64,000 nt of DNA from Bdellovibrionales bacterium (GCA_965203785.1 OZ241911.1:224540-288539); one strand, 5' to 3'; positions 1 through 9,060 are shown, numbered from the stretch's first letter. Notes: generated by a model not told the origin, from the letters alone. A program made the numbers and translations.

Positions 1-1140
1 ATTCTCTGGTAAAATCCAAACTATTTGTTTTTCTTTTTTAAGGATTTGATCTTCTTCTTTTTTAAGAAAGTCTTTAATATCTTCTGGGCTTTTCAGAACA
101 TTTAAAGCTCCTCTAAACCCCTGACGCTTATCCAATTTTTTTAACCCAGTTTTAAGAAATTTTTGAGCCAAAGCCTGAATCGAATGATCCATAGAGGTAT
201 GGACATCAAATCCCTTTGTTAAAAGAGCTTCTTCACTTACACGAGATACCAAGGCTTGTCTCAATGTTTCCATATAATAGGGAAACCGCAAGTTTCGTTT
301 TTCTCTATAAACTTTAACTGGTTTTTTAACAGTTGTAAGTAATTGATCAGAAGATATATAACCTTCTTTATTCATTCTTTGTAAAACATAGAGTTGTCTA
401 CTTTTAGATTTATGAGCATTATAAATTGGGGAAAATTTACTAGGAGCCTTGGGAAGTCCTGCCAGAAGTGCACATTCCGCTAAGTTTAAATTTTTGACTT
501 TTTTTCTAAAATACACTTGAGCCGCCATCCCCACTCCATAAGCTCCCTGACCTAAATAAATTTGATTTAAATACAGATATAAAATTTCTTGTTTAGTTAA
601 AGCTTGCTCTATACGCAGAGATAAAATAGCTTCTTTGAGTTTACGAGTATAAGTTTTTTCTGAAGAAAGAAGTAAAGCACGAGCCACCTGCTGGGTAATA
701 GTAGAGCCTCCCTGTACTTTGCCCCCTTTTTTTAAATTCATCCAGAAAGCCCGAAAAATAGCTTGATAGTTAAGCCCTTTGTGTTCAAAAAAACGCCCAT
801 CTTCGGCGGCAACAAATGCCTGAACCAACAAATCTGGAAATTCTTTAAAAGGAGTTAACTTCCTTCTTTCTTTAAAAAACTCCCCAATTTTTTCTCCATT
901 TCGGTCAAAAACTGAAGAAATTAAAGCCGGTTTGTAATTTTTAAGCTGAGAGATCTGAGGTAAATCCCTCAAAACCAAAAAAAGATAAAGACTGAAACTG
1001 AATAAAAAAAACGCAAATCCAAAGACAATAGAATAAAAAATACTCCTCCAAGAAACACTTAAAGTATTAAAATTAGAGGTAAAAAATAAAAAAGACGGAA
1101 GCTTCTTAAAAAATCTTGCTATTTTTTTTAAATGATCCAT
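1..1140 (-). CDS. mrcA: Penicillin-binding protein 1A, N-terminal part (membrane anchor plus GT51 transglycosylase domain). The gene runs off the window at position 1.
   Basis: Absent from the ORF track because it is open at the window edge. My minus-strand translation from ATG at 1140 gives MDHLKKIARFFKKLPSFLFF, a hydrophobic segment, then the GT51 motifs AAEDGRFFEHKG and GGSTITQQ. The frame stays open for all 380 codons to position 1. Confidence 0.8.
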   Translation of the reverse strand, partial: MDHLKKIARFFKKLPSFLFFTSNFNTLSVSWRSIFYSIVFGFAFFLFSFSLYLFLVLRDLPQISQLKNYKPALISSVFDRNGEKIGEFFKERRKLTPFKEFPDLLVQAFVAAEDGRFFEHKGLNYQAIFRAFWMNLKKGGKVQGGSTITQQVARALLLSSEKTYTRKLKEAILSLRIEQALTKQEILYLYLNQIYLGQGAYGVGMAAQVYFRKKVKNLNLAECALLAGLPKAPSKFSPIYNAHKSKSRQLYVLQRMNKEGYISSDQLLTTVKKPVKVYREKRNLRFPYYMETLRQALVSRVSEEALLTKGFDVHTSMDHSIQALAQKFLKTGLKKLDKRQGFRGALNVLKSPEDIKDFLKKEEDQILKKEKQIVWILPEN

Positions 1141-1502
1141 TTTAGTTAATTGACTGACCTTTGATATTTAAAAAACCTTTAAAAAAACCTATTTTTTTAA
1201 AAAATTAAACAGTTATTTTTACATAATATTCATTTTTGACACAATATTTAGTTTAAACTTGGATATTTTAACCCTTATTTTAAAAAAAGAAAAAATTTTA
1301 TTAAAGAATTTCAATTGAGACTCCGATCCTTAATTTCGAACTCAAGGTTTTATAAAAGGTTTTTAAGAATATAGGAGTTTTCTTAAAAGAATTAGGAGTT
1401 TTAAAGAAATTTTAAAGAAACTTTTAAATAGAATTAAAATAAAACCTTTAAAATTTTAAAGGCTTAAAAAATTTGAAGCAAAAATAAAGGATAAATGCGT
1501 TA

Positions 1503-2801
1503 ATGGACCTCAAACAAACAAATTTTGAACTTAAAAATATTTTTAAAGGCTTATTTTGGATTTTCCTTTTTGTCAATATATCTTATTTAAGTGCTCAGGC
1601 AACAGAGAAGATTCCTTGGGGAGCGGAGGGCATAGAGGAGTTGTGTGCTAAGGAAGAACACTACCACACAAAAGGATGTACAGACTACCGAACCCAAAAG
1701 AAAAAAGAAAGTAAAAGAAAAGAAGCAACTCAAAAAAGAGAAAATATGCTGAAACGATATGAGCTCATTAAATCCGAACGAGAAGAACGCAAAGAAGAAT
1801 GTAAAACAGCTCAAGATGAATTTAAAAGTGAAATAGAAAAAAAGAAAGAAACTCAAAAAACTTTAAGAGAAAAACAACATGAAATGGAAACTAAGGTCTC
1901 AGAGGCAGAAAAACAAATATCTAAAGATCAAACGACACTTGCAGAAGAGTTAAACACATTACAAAATCAAACAAACCAAGAGATTCAAAAAATCAGAGAA
2001 TCTTTAAAAGGTGAAATGTCGAGCCAAATAGAAACCCAAACAAAAAACATTCAAAATACACTGATGCAACTTCAATCTAAATTAGAAGCTAATAAAATTA
2101 AAGTAGACACTGCTTATTTAGAGAGAAGAAAATTTATTCATGCTCAATATCAAGAATGCTTTGCAAGTTCCAAGGTAACAGTCGAGAAAGAAAGAGCTAA
2201 ACTTAAAGAATTAATTAGAAGTCGTCGACTCTCGAGTACGAGTTTACAAACTTTAGCTAGAGGAACACAAACAAACATTCAGTGGCAATTCCAAAAAAGA
2301 TTAAATGCTTACATTCATTTATGCTTAAATAGTCAGGATAAAATTAAACAAAAACAAATGAGATTGGAGCAGTTTCAACTTCAATTAAAAACACTGGCTT
2401 TAGAAAAAAGAGCTGTTAAAAGAAAAATTGCTCAACTAGAAATGCAGTTTCATAATTTAGTAAACAACAAACAATTGCAAATTGTTCAAGAAACCAAAGA
2501 AAAAATACAAGCAAGAGCTAAACAATTTCATAAATCTTATGATCTGAAACTTAAATCATTTGAAACTACTCGAACCAATTTTACAAGAGAAATACAAGAA
2601 CTTAAAAGAAAGCACCAACAAGAAAAACACCAACATTACACAATGGAACAAATGACTCCTCAAGATGCCCGAATGAATCTTTTACGGCATCGTTGCAATA
2701 CAGATTTTAGAGACATTGAGCAAATGGGTCGCACCCCTTCTGGCTTGTTTAACGATAACGAAGAAGATTTGTTGAATGAAGGCGGAGATGCAACACAGTA
2801 A
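1503..2801 (+). CDS. Hypothetical secreted coiled-coil protein, K/E/Q-rich
   Basis: 432 aa ORF with an N-terminal signal-like segment (LFWIFLFVNISYLSAQA) followed by long heptad-like K/E/Q-rich sequence. I recognise no family. Confidence 0.55.
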   Translation: MDLKQTNFELKNIFKGLFWIFLFVNISYLSAQATEKIPWGAEGIEELCAKEEHYHTKGCTDYRTQKKKESKRKEATQKRENMLKRYELIKSEREERKEECKTAQDEFKSEIEKKKETQKTLREKQHEMETKVSEAEKQISKDQTTLAEELNTLQNQTNQEIQKIRESLKGEMSSQIETQTKNIQNTLMQLQSKLEANKIKVDTAYLERRKFIHAQYQECFASSKVTVEKERAKLKELIRSRRLSSTSLQTLARGTQTNIQWQFQKRLNAYIHLCLNSQDKIKQKQMRLEQFQLQLKTLALEKRAVKRKIAQLEMQFHNLVNNKQLQIVQETKEKIQARAKQFHKSYDLKLKSFETTRTNFTREIQELKRKHQQEKHQHYTMEQMTPQDARMNLLRHRCNTDFRDIEQMGRTPSGLFNDNEEDLLNEGGDATQ

Positions 2802-2811
2802 ATATTTGGAG

Positions 2812-3372
2812 TTAACATTTGGTAGTTAGAGATTTTTTAATCACCTGCTCAATATTTTTCTGCCAGTTATTTAAAAAAGTTAACCAATGTTTTTTTGTAA
2901 TTTTAAAAGGCAAGTGTTTTTGTAAACATGTAAATCCCGGTGGATGAGTAAAAACATTTAAACCAACCCCAATAATTAAGTCATGCCAAGGGGGTAGGCT
3001 AATTATTTCTATCAACACTCCACCCACTTTTTGACCTTTCATGATGAGATCATTTGGTTTTTTAATTTTTATATCAATATCTTCTGAAATGGTTTGAAGA
3101 GCTAACTTTAAAGCTTTTGCATTCAGATAAGAAATTTTAAGTTTTAGCGGATATTTTAAACGATACTTAAAGCTGATCATTAAATCGCTATTGATCCATA
3201 CTCGTTTTCTTCTTCCCCTCCCCCGGGTTTGAAAATTAGTCAAAAAAATCCACGGTTTTAAATTTTTTAAACAAAGAGTTTTTTTGCCTTCAATTAAATG
3301 TTTTTTAGCTTCATCGTTGGTGCTGGTTGTTTGAGGATAAAAAAAAAATTTTGATGAGTTGTTTTTGCCCAA
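2812..3372 (-). CDS. birA: Biotin--protein ligase (short, catalytic core only, no HTH domain)
   Basis: Motifs QTRGRGRRKRVW (GRGRxGRxW), KKPNDLIMKGQKVGGVLIE (KWPND..K.GIL.E) and IGVGLNV (GIGIN). The protein is only 186 aa. Confidence 0.7.
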   Translation of the reverse strand: MGKNNSSKFFFYPQTTSTNDEAKKHLIEGKKTLCLKNLKPWIFLTNFQTRGRGRRKRVWINSDLMISFKYRLKYPLKLKISYLNAKALKLALQTISEDIDIKIKKPNDLIMKGQKVGGVLIEIISLPPWHDLIIGVGLNVFTHPPGFTCLQKHLPFKITKKHWLTFLNNWQKNIEQVIKKSLTTKC

Positions 3373-3456
3373 CTTTTACTCCACCGAGTGATTAAGAATA
3401 AATCCATTTTTTTACCTTTTTTTTTATTTTTTTGTTTATCTCATCTTTTTATTTTT

Positions 3457-3496
3457 CTGTCTTTCTTTCTTTCTTTCTTTCTTTCTGTCTGTCTTT
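3457..3496. repeat. Tetranucleotide microsatellite (CTGT)(CTTT)6(CTGT)2(CTTT)
   Basis: Read directly: ctgt ctttctttctttctttctttcttt ctgtctgt cttt. It lies in the birA upstream region, just 3' of the 6S RNA candidate. Confidence 0.9.
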
Positions 3497-3497
3497 T

Positions 3498-3672
3498 AAA
3501 AAAAGGGGAGGGAAACGAAACCGAAATGAAATCTCGGGTCTTATTAAAGTGGATGGCCACGGTAGTAATTTTAGGCTTCTTGGATCTTTTTAAAAGCCAA
3601 GCTTGCTCACCATTACCAGAGATTGCCTCCTTATTGATTATTGTTAAGATTCATCCTTGCGTTTCCCTCAAC
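3498..3672 (-). ncRNA. ssrS: Candidate 6S RNA
   Basis: This GC-enriched intergenic stretch has a 10-bp closing stem: GAGGGAAACG at 3508-3517 pairs with CGTTTCCCTC at 3660-3669. A second helix pairs ATGAATCT with AGATTTCAT (one bulge). The minus-strand core GGTGAGCAAGCTTGG...CCAAGAAGCCTAAAA resembles E. coli 6S GGUGAGCAUGCUCGG...CCGAGAAGCCUUAAAA, with compensatory changes in the hairpin. The closing stem is followed by a U7 tract (3498-3504), and an extended -10 element lies upstream. Confidence 0.6.
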
Positions 3673-3679
3673 AAGCATT

Positions 3680-3688
3680 AGTATAACA
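3680..3688 (-). promoter_or_regulatory. Extended -10 promoter element TGTTATACT for the 6S RNA candidate
   Basis: The minus strand reads TGtTATACT. Seven nt downstream is a G at about 3672, which starts the closing stem. There is no good -35 element. Confidence 0.4.
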
Positions 3689-3728
3689 TAGAAAACACTC
3701 ATAAATTAAAACTATCTGGATTAAAATT

Positions 3729-4979
3729 ATGGAACAACTACCTTCTTTTTTAAACCATAAAGACACAGATCCTTGTTATCGTGTATCTGAATTAACAGAA
3801 AAAATTAGAAGTGAATTGGAATCGACATTTCCTCCTCTATGGATTAAAGGCGAGGTATCTAACTTTACGGCTCATTCTTCGGGGCATTGGTATTTCACCC
3901 TAAAAGATTCTAAATCTCAAGTGCGAGCGGTGATGTTTCGAGCTCATAATCAAACGGTTAAAAAGTTTCTGCCAAGTGGTGGTATGGAAGTAAAAGTTTA
4001 TGGAAAAATCAGTGTTTATAAAGCTCGCGGAGAATATCAAATTATCTGCCAATATATTGAAGAATGTGGCAAAGGAGCTTTAAAAGAAGAATTTGAAAGA
4101 ATTAAAAACAAATTAAAAAAAGAAGGTCTTTTTAGTGGACCCAAAAAACCATTACCTCTTCTCCCCAAGCTCATTGCAGTTATTAGCTCCCCTACGGGAG
4201 CTGCCATCCGAGATGTTATAAAAATTCTTAAAAATTTATGCCCAAGTGTCGAAGTCTTATTAATTCCCGCTATTGTTCAAGGGGAAAGTGCAGAAGAAAG
4301 TTTGGTTCAAGCCATCGAAAAAGCTCAACAAATTCAAAATTTAGATGTTTTAATCATCACTCGTGGAGGAGGAAGTCTAGAAGATTTATGGGCTTTCAAT
4401 AGTGAAAAACTCGCCCGTTCGTTATTTGCTTTTGATCGACCGGTGGTGAGTGCCGTTGGACATGAAATCGACTTTAGCATCTGCGACTTTGTAGCGGATC
4501 ATCGAGCTTCTACTCCAACAGCTGCAGGAGAATTGGTTGTGCGAGATGCCAACGATCAAATCCACAAAATTTCGAAACTTCAAAAAAATTTATCCCAAAG
4601 CATGAGGCAAAAAATATTAATTCTCCAACATCAAATTCAAAGGCTTACTCAAACTTTAATCAGCCCACAAAAAAAACTCCAAGACTGGATTCAACACTTA
4701 GATGAACTCACTTTGCGACTCAAAAAAGAAATCCAGCGTCAGGTGTATTTAAAAAATCAAAAAGCTCAGAGTTTAAAGAGTTTACTTCAAAGTTTAAGTC
4801 CATTAAGGGTTTTAAACCGTGGATATATTTTGGTTCAAAAAAAAAACCAATACATTAAAAATGCCAAAAATTTAAAAATAGGGGATGATATTAAGATTCA
4901 ATTTGCCAGTGGTTCAGTTTTCGCCCATGTTACAAGAGTGGACTTGTCCGACAAAAAAGGAGGAGACTATGAATTTTGA
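3729..4979 (+). CDS. xseA: Exodeoxyribonuclease VII large subunit
   Basis: 416 aa with an N-terminal OB fold, the GGGSLEDLWAFN motif and a coiled-coil tail. It is followed by an overlapping xseB. Confidence 0.9.
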   Translation: MEQLPSFLNHKDTDPCYRVSELTEKIRSELESTFPPLWIKGEVSNFTAHSSGHWYFTLKDSKSQVRAVMFRAHNQTVKKFLPSGGMEVKVYGKISVYKARGEYQIICQYIEECGKGALKEEFERIKNKLKKEGLFSGPKKPLPLLPKLIAVISSPTGAAIRDVIKILKNLCPSVEVLLIPAIVQGESAEESLVQAIEKAQQIQNLDVLIITRGGGSLEDLWAFNSEKLARSLFAFDRPVVSAVGHEIDFSICDFVADHRASTPTAAGELVVRDANDQIHKISKLQKNLSQSMRQKILILQHQIQRLTQTLISPQKKLQDWIQHLDELTLRLKKEIQRQVYLKNQKAQSLKSLLQSLSPLRVLNRGYILVQKKNQYIKNAKNLKIGDDIKIQFASGSVFAHVTRVDLSDKKGGDYEF

Positions 4980-5199
4980 AAAAAAAATCAAAGAGCTAGA
5001 AAAAATTACAGATCAGTTAGCAGGAGGAGAATTATCTTTAGAAGATTCTTTAAAATTTTTTGAAAAGGGAGTTCAGCTATCTCGTCAGTGTTTAAAAGAA
5101 CTCAATCAGTCAGAAAAAAAAGTTCAGCAGTTAATCGAAATCAATGAAGACGGAAAATATCAAACTAAAGATTTTGAAGATGAAGAAAATTCTATTTAA
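4969..5199 (+). CDS. xseB: Exodeoxyribonuclease VII small subunit
   Basis: MNFEKKIKELEKITDQLAGGELSLEDSLKFFEKG is a typical XseB sequence. The start was moved to the internal ATG at 4969, preceded by AAAGGAGGAG. It overlaps the xseA end by 11 nt. Confidence 0.85.
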   Translation: MNFEKKIKELEKITDQLAGGELSLEDSLKFFEKGVQLSRQCLKELNQSEKKVQQLIEINEDGKYQTKDFEDEENSI

Positions 5200-6013
5200 A
5201 AAAAACCAAGATTTTTTAAATCATTTTGAAAGTTTTTTAAAAAAACATATTCAACTCTTATCCCCTCGTTTGTTTAAAGGACATCAACTGCTTCAAGATT
5301 GTATCGCCTACACTCTACTTGGAGGGGGAAAGAGGTTTCGCCCTTTGGTTGTGTTTCATACGGCTCAAGTGTGTTCCACTCCTTTAGAGTTCATTTTACC
5401 TTGGGCAGGAGCTATAGAAATGATTCACACAGCTTCTTTAATCCACGACGACCTGCCATCGATGGATAACTCACCTCAAAGAAGGGGAAAACCATCTAAC
5501 CATTTAGTGTTTGGAGAAGATATGGCTCTTCTGGCCGGAAATTGCCTATGGATTGAAGCCTTTCGCCTCATTGAACCCTATAAAACTACTCAATGGATAT
5601 CTCTTTTATGTCAAGCAGTGGGCTTTAATGGTCTGATGGGAGGACAAGCCTTAGATTTAAGACCTGAAAACACAAAAAAGTATTATCAAAATTTACATGA
5701 AATGAAAACCGCCCAATTAATTTCTATTAGTATGAAGGGGATACTGAGTTTGCAAAAAAAGAAAAATCTAAAACTTTGGGAACTTTCTCACCTCATTGGA
5801 CATGCTTTTCAGTTGGCAGATGATTTAGAAGATTTTAAACACGACCGTCATTCTGTTATTCAAACTTTGGGAAAAAAAGAAGCTAAAAAAAAGCTCTCAG
5901 ATCTTACTTGTCAAAGTTTAAACCTCATTGGAGAACACAAAAATTCAATGGGCTTAAGAGATTTAGTTCTATTAAACTCTCAAAGAGTTATGCAAAGGAG
6001 TCTTCGCCAATGA
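5180..6013 (+). CDS. ispA: Farnesyl/geranyl diphosphate synthase (polyprenyl synthetase)
   Basis: First and second aspartate-rich motifs LIHDDLPSMDN and FQLADDLED. The start is either 5144 or, more likely, the ATG at 5180. Confidence 0.8.
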   Translation: MKKILFKKNQDFLNHFESFLKKHIQLLSPRLFKGHQLLQDCIAYTLLGGGKRFRPLVVFHTAQVCSTPLEFILPWAGAIEMIHTASLIHDDLPSMDNSPQRRGKPSNHLVFGEDMALLAGNCLWIEAFRLIEPYKTTQWISLLCQAVGFNGLMGGQALDLRPENTKKYYQNLHEMKTAQLISISMKGILSLQKKKNLKLWELSHLIGHAFQLADDLEDFKHDRHSVIQTLGKKEAKKKLSDLTCQSLNLIGEHKNSMGLRDLVLLNSQRVMQRSLRQ

Positions 6014-7314
6014 ACATGTTTCCAAATTCTATCTACAAAGATCGAAGAAAAAAACTCTCAAAAGCCTTACCCCCCGGGTCTGCAATTTTAATTCCCTCAT
6101 GGCCTCTTCATCTACGGTCAGGAGATGTACACCACCCTTACCGTCCACATTCGGATATGTTGTATTTCACAGGTTGGGAAGAAGAAATAGTCTGTCTTCT
6201 CTTAGTTCGCAATTCAGATCAAATCCAACAAGTATTATTTGTCCAAGAAAAAAACCCCGCACAAGAACTCTGGACGGGACCCATCAACGGTCCAGAAGAA
6301 GCCTTAGAAATAACTGAAGTGGATTTATGTTATTCGGTTAATCGATTTCATTTAATTGCTAAAGAATTGTTAAAAGATACAGAAAATTTGTATTATTCTT
6401 TCTCATGGAATCCCGATTGGAATCAAAGAGTTAAAAAACTCCTTTTATCTTTAGTCAATCGTTATTCTTCTATGTGTTCTGTACATGATTCCATTCAGTT
6501 GACTGCCCCTTTGAGAATGAAAAAGAGTCCAGAAGAAATTAAACTCATTCAAAAAGCGGTAGATATTGCAGTCACTGGTCATAAAGAAATTATGAGACAA
6601 ACTCGCCCGGGAGTGACCGAAAAACAATTAAAAGATCTTTTTCAATCAGTGATTTGCTCTCAAGGGGCTACGGAAGAAGCCTATCCCGGTATTTTCGCTT
6701 CTGGCTCCAATAGTTGCATTCTTCATTATAATCGAAATCAAAGCACTCTTAAGTCTCAAGACCTCCTATTAGTAGATGCAGGAGCCGAATATCATTACTA
6801 CACTTCCGATATTAGTCGCACTTTTCCAATCAATGGAAAATTTTCTAAAGTGCAAAAAAGAATTTACAATAAATTATTAAAAGTTCAGATGGAAGTCATT
6901 TCACAGCTTAAGCCAGGAGTTTCTTTCTTAGAAATTCAACAACAGGTGAGTCGAAAACTCTCTGAACTCATGATAGAAGAAAATCTTTTAACTGGAGATG
7001 TCGAATCAGTTTTAAAAAATAAAGAATACAAAAAATACTTCCCTCACAATTTTGGTCATTCCATGGGAATGGATGTGCATGATCCCATTTATTGCCCAAA
7101 AAATTCTCCAGTTCTTTTAACAGAAGGGTTTGTTCTCACCATAGAGCCGGGGCTTTATTTCCCCTCAAACGATTCCACCATTCCCGCTGAATACAGAGGC
7201 TTGGGCTTTAGAATTGAAGATGATATAGTGATCACAAAAACAGGGGCTCAAGTGTTAAGTAAAGACGCACCTAAAACACCCGATGAGCTAGAAGAACTAA
7301 TCGGTTCGAAGTAA
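6010..7314 (+). CDS. pepP: Xaa-Pro aminopeptidase (M24B)
   Basis: Motifs LLLVDAGAEYHYYTSDISRTFP, HNFGHSMGMDVHD and GFRIEDD. The start at 6010 forms an ATGA overlap with the ispA stop. Confidence 0.85.
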   Translation: MNMFPNSIYKDRRKKLSKALPPGSAILIPSWPLHLRSGDVHHPYRPHSDMLYFTGWEEEIVCLLLVRNSDQIQQVLFVQEKNPAQELWTGPINGPEEALEITEVDLCYSVNRFHLIAKELLKDTENLYYSFSWNPDWNQRVKKLLLSLVNRYSSMCSVHDSIQLTAPLRMKKSPEEIKLIQKAVDIAVTGHKEIMRQTRPGVTEKQLKDLFQSVICSQGATEEAYPGIFASGSNSCILHYNRNQSTLKSQDLLLVDAGAEYHYYTSDISRTFPINGKFSKVQKRIYNKLLKVQMEVISQLKPGVSFLEIQQQVSRKLSELMIEENLLTGDVESVLKNKEYKKYFPHNFGHSMGMDVHDPIYCPKNSPVLLTEGFVLTIEPGLYFPSNDSTIPAEYRGLGFRIEDDIVITKTGAQVLSKDAPKTPDELEELIGSK

Positions 7315-8018
7315 AACCATTTATTATTTTTTGCAATTTGAAGTAAATTCTGCTCCGATAAATAATTTTTTTCTGTCTTTTTTGCCCCCGCTACTACCAA
7401 CCGAACTCCTTGAGAAAACTCCAATAAAGCTTGATCCGATAAAGTGTTGCCAGCAACTAAAACAGGGGGAGTAGAGATTCGTTTTTTTAAAGCTAAAACC
7501 TTGTCTTCTTGAATGGGAGCTGGATGAATGAGCTGATTAGTTAAAGACCCTTTTTGAATTTTTGTTTCCACACCAATAATGTGGTCTTTTGGAATGGGAT
7601 AGTAATCCCTAACTGCTGGATCTAAAACCCATTTCAAAGAAGAACTCACAATAAAAACTTCCACATGGTGTTTGCAAAGCCAGTTGATTAAATGTTTTTG
7701 AAATAAAAATGGCTGAGGCGGATAAAGTTTTAAAAAATCTTTAACCCACTTTTGCATACGAACAAGGGGGCATCCAACCTGAATAGACGCCAACCACTGA
7801 AGAGCCGATTTCTTCCCTTCTAATTGTTGAATACGATTAAATTGTTTTTGAGGATGAGAGGGTTTTAAAAGACGATTTTGAACTTGATAGTGAAAAAAAT
7901 TTCTTCCTACATCACAAGACCATAAAGTTCCATCGGCATCAAAAGCCGCTACCGGATGAGTTGCTTGTTCAATAAGAGGTTTAATTTGAGATTGAATGCA
8001 TTGAAGCAGAGAATTCAT
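7248..8018 (-). CDS. HAD-superfamily phosphatase (HAD-IB / SerB-like)
   Basis: Motif I is AAFDADGTLW (DxDGT). An ATG at 8018 lies directly after the mreB stop. The 3' end overlaps the convergent pepP by 67 nt. Confidence 0.65.
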   Translation of the reverse strand: MNSLLQCIQSQIKPLIEQATHPVAAFDADGTLWSCDVGRNFFHYQVQNRLLKPSHPQKQFNRIQQLEGKKSALQWLASIQVGCPLVRMQKWVKDFLKLYPPQPFLFQKHLINWLCKHHVEVFIVSSSLKWVLDPAVRDYYPIPKDHIIGVETKIQKGSLTNQLIHPAPIQEDKVLALKKRISTPPVLVAGNTLSDQALLEFSQGVRLVVAGAKKTEKNYLSEQNLLQIAKNNKWFYFEPISSSSSSGVLGASLLNT

Positions 8019-8019
8019 T

Positions 8020-9060
8020 TTAAGTGACAACCAGTTCTCTCAGTAAAGAGAGCTGGTCTAAAACCTGCCCAGCACCAAGTACCACACAAGAAAGAGGGTT
8101 TTCTGCACCACTGACGGGCAGTCCTGTTTTTTCTCTTAACAAAACATCTAAATGTTTTAATAAAGCTCCCCCTCCCGTAAGAACCACTCCATTATCTACG
8201 ATATCAGCTGCTAATTCTGGAGGAGTTTTTTCTAGAGCAATTTTCACAGCATTGACGACTTCGTTTAAGTTATCTTTAAGAGCTTCATTAATTTCATGGC
8301 TGGTTATTTCAATTGTTTTAGGAGCTCCTGTCATGGTGTCTCGCCCTTTAATTTCCATAACCTTTTTTTCTGAACTGGGATCTGCAGTTGCAATGGTAAT
8401 TTTGATATTCTCTGCCGTTCTTTCTCCAATCATTAAATTCTTTTGCCGGCGAGTAAAATTCATAATCGCTTCATCAAATTTATCTCCCGCAATTTTTATG
8501 GATTCGCAAAGCACAATCCCATTGAGTGAAATCACTGCAATCCCCGTAGTTCCCCCTCCAATATCTACAATCATACTGCCCCTTGCCTCCGTAATGGGAA
8601 GTCCTGCCCCAATTGCAGCAGCCATGGGTTCTGCAATTAAATACACTTCTCTAGCTCCCGCCGAATAAGCCGACTCTTTAACTGCCTTTTTTTCCACCTG
8701 TGTAATGCCAAAAGGAACACAAATAATAATCCGAGGACGAATTAACCTTCGAGAAGGAGGAGAAGAACGAGAAATAAAATATTTCAACATCTTTTGAGTA
8801 ATCTCAAAATTAGCAATCACCCCATCTTTAATCGGTCGAATGGCGTCAATTCCCCCGGGAGTTCGACCCAACATGTATTTAGCTTCTCTCCCAACCGCTA
8901 AGACTTCATCTTCTCCAGCCACTGTTTTTTTAACTGCAACTACGGATGGTTCATTTAAGATAATCCCCTGACTTTTAGCATATACCAGAGTATTAGCTGT
9001 CCCTAAATCAATTGCCAAATCTTGCGAAAAATAATCGTAAATTTTGTTGATAAAATTCAT
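8020..9060 (-). CDS. mreB: Rod shape-determining protein MreB
   Basis: 346 aa actin-like ATPase with DLGTANTLVY and VDIGGGTT. Confidence 0.95.
   Translation of the reverse strand: MNFINKIYDYFSQDLAIDLGTANTLVYAKSQGIILNEPSVVAVKKTVAGEDEVLAVGREAKYMLGRTPGGIDAIRPIKDGVIANFEITQKMLKYFISRSSPPSRRLIRPRIIICVPFGITQVEKKAVKESAYSAGAREVYLIAEPMAAAIGAGLPITEARGSMIVDIGGGTTGIAVISLNGIVLCESIKIAGDKFDEAIMNFTRRQKNLMIGERTAENIKITIATADPSSEKKVMEIKGRDTMTGAPKTIEITSHEINEALKDNLNEVVNAVKIALEKTPPELAADIVDNGVVLTGGGALLKHLDVLLREKTGLPVSGAENPLSCVVLGAGQVLDQLSLLRELVVT

Noticed and set aside
1587-1856. 89-aa minus-strand ORF inside the coiled-coil gene
   Set aside because: It is the F-rich mirror image of the K/E-rich sense frame and is an antisense artefact.
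3388-3681. 97-aa plus-strand ORF from the track
   Set aside because: Its N-terminal half is just the translation of a T-rich tract and the CTTT microsatellite (FLSFFLSFFLSVCL). The rest overlaps the structured 6S RNA candidate. There is no SD and no protein-like features.
6099-6317. 72-aa alternative-frame ORF inside pepP, and similar small ORFs inside lon, the J-protein gene, accC, the carboxyltransferase gene, asnS, nuoN/M/L/J, atpD, atpG, gyrA, gyrB, mnmG, yidC, dnaA, atpH, atpA, sufC and sufB
   Set aside because: All are nested in, or antisense to, long ORFs with unambiguous conserved motifs. None has independent support.
8024-8668. 214-aa ORF antisense to mreB
   Set aside because: It lies entirely within the highly conserved mreB coding sequence on the opposite strand. 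Its low-complexity S/P/A-rich translation is typical of antisense frames.
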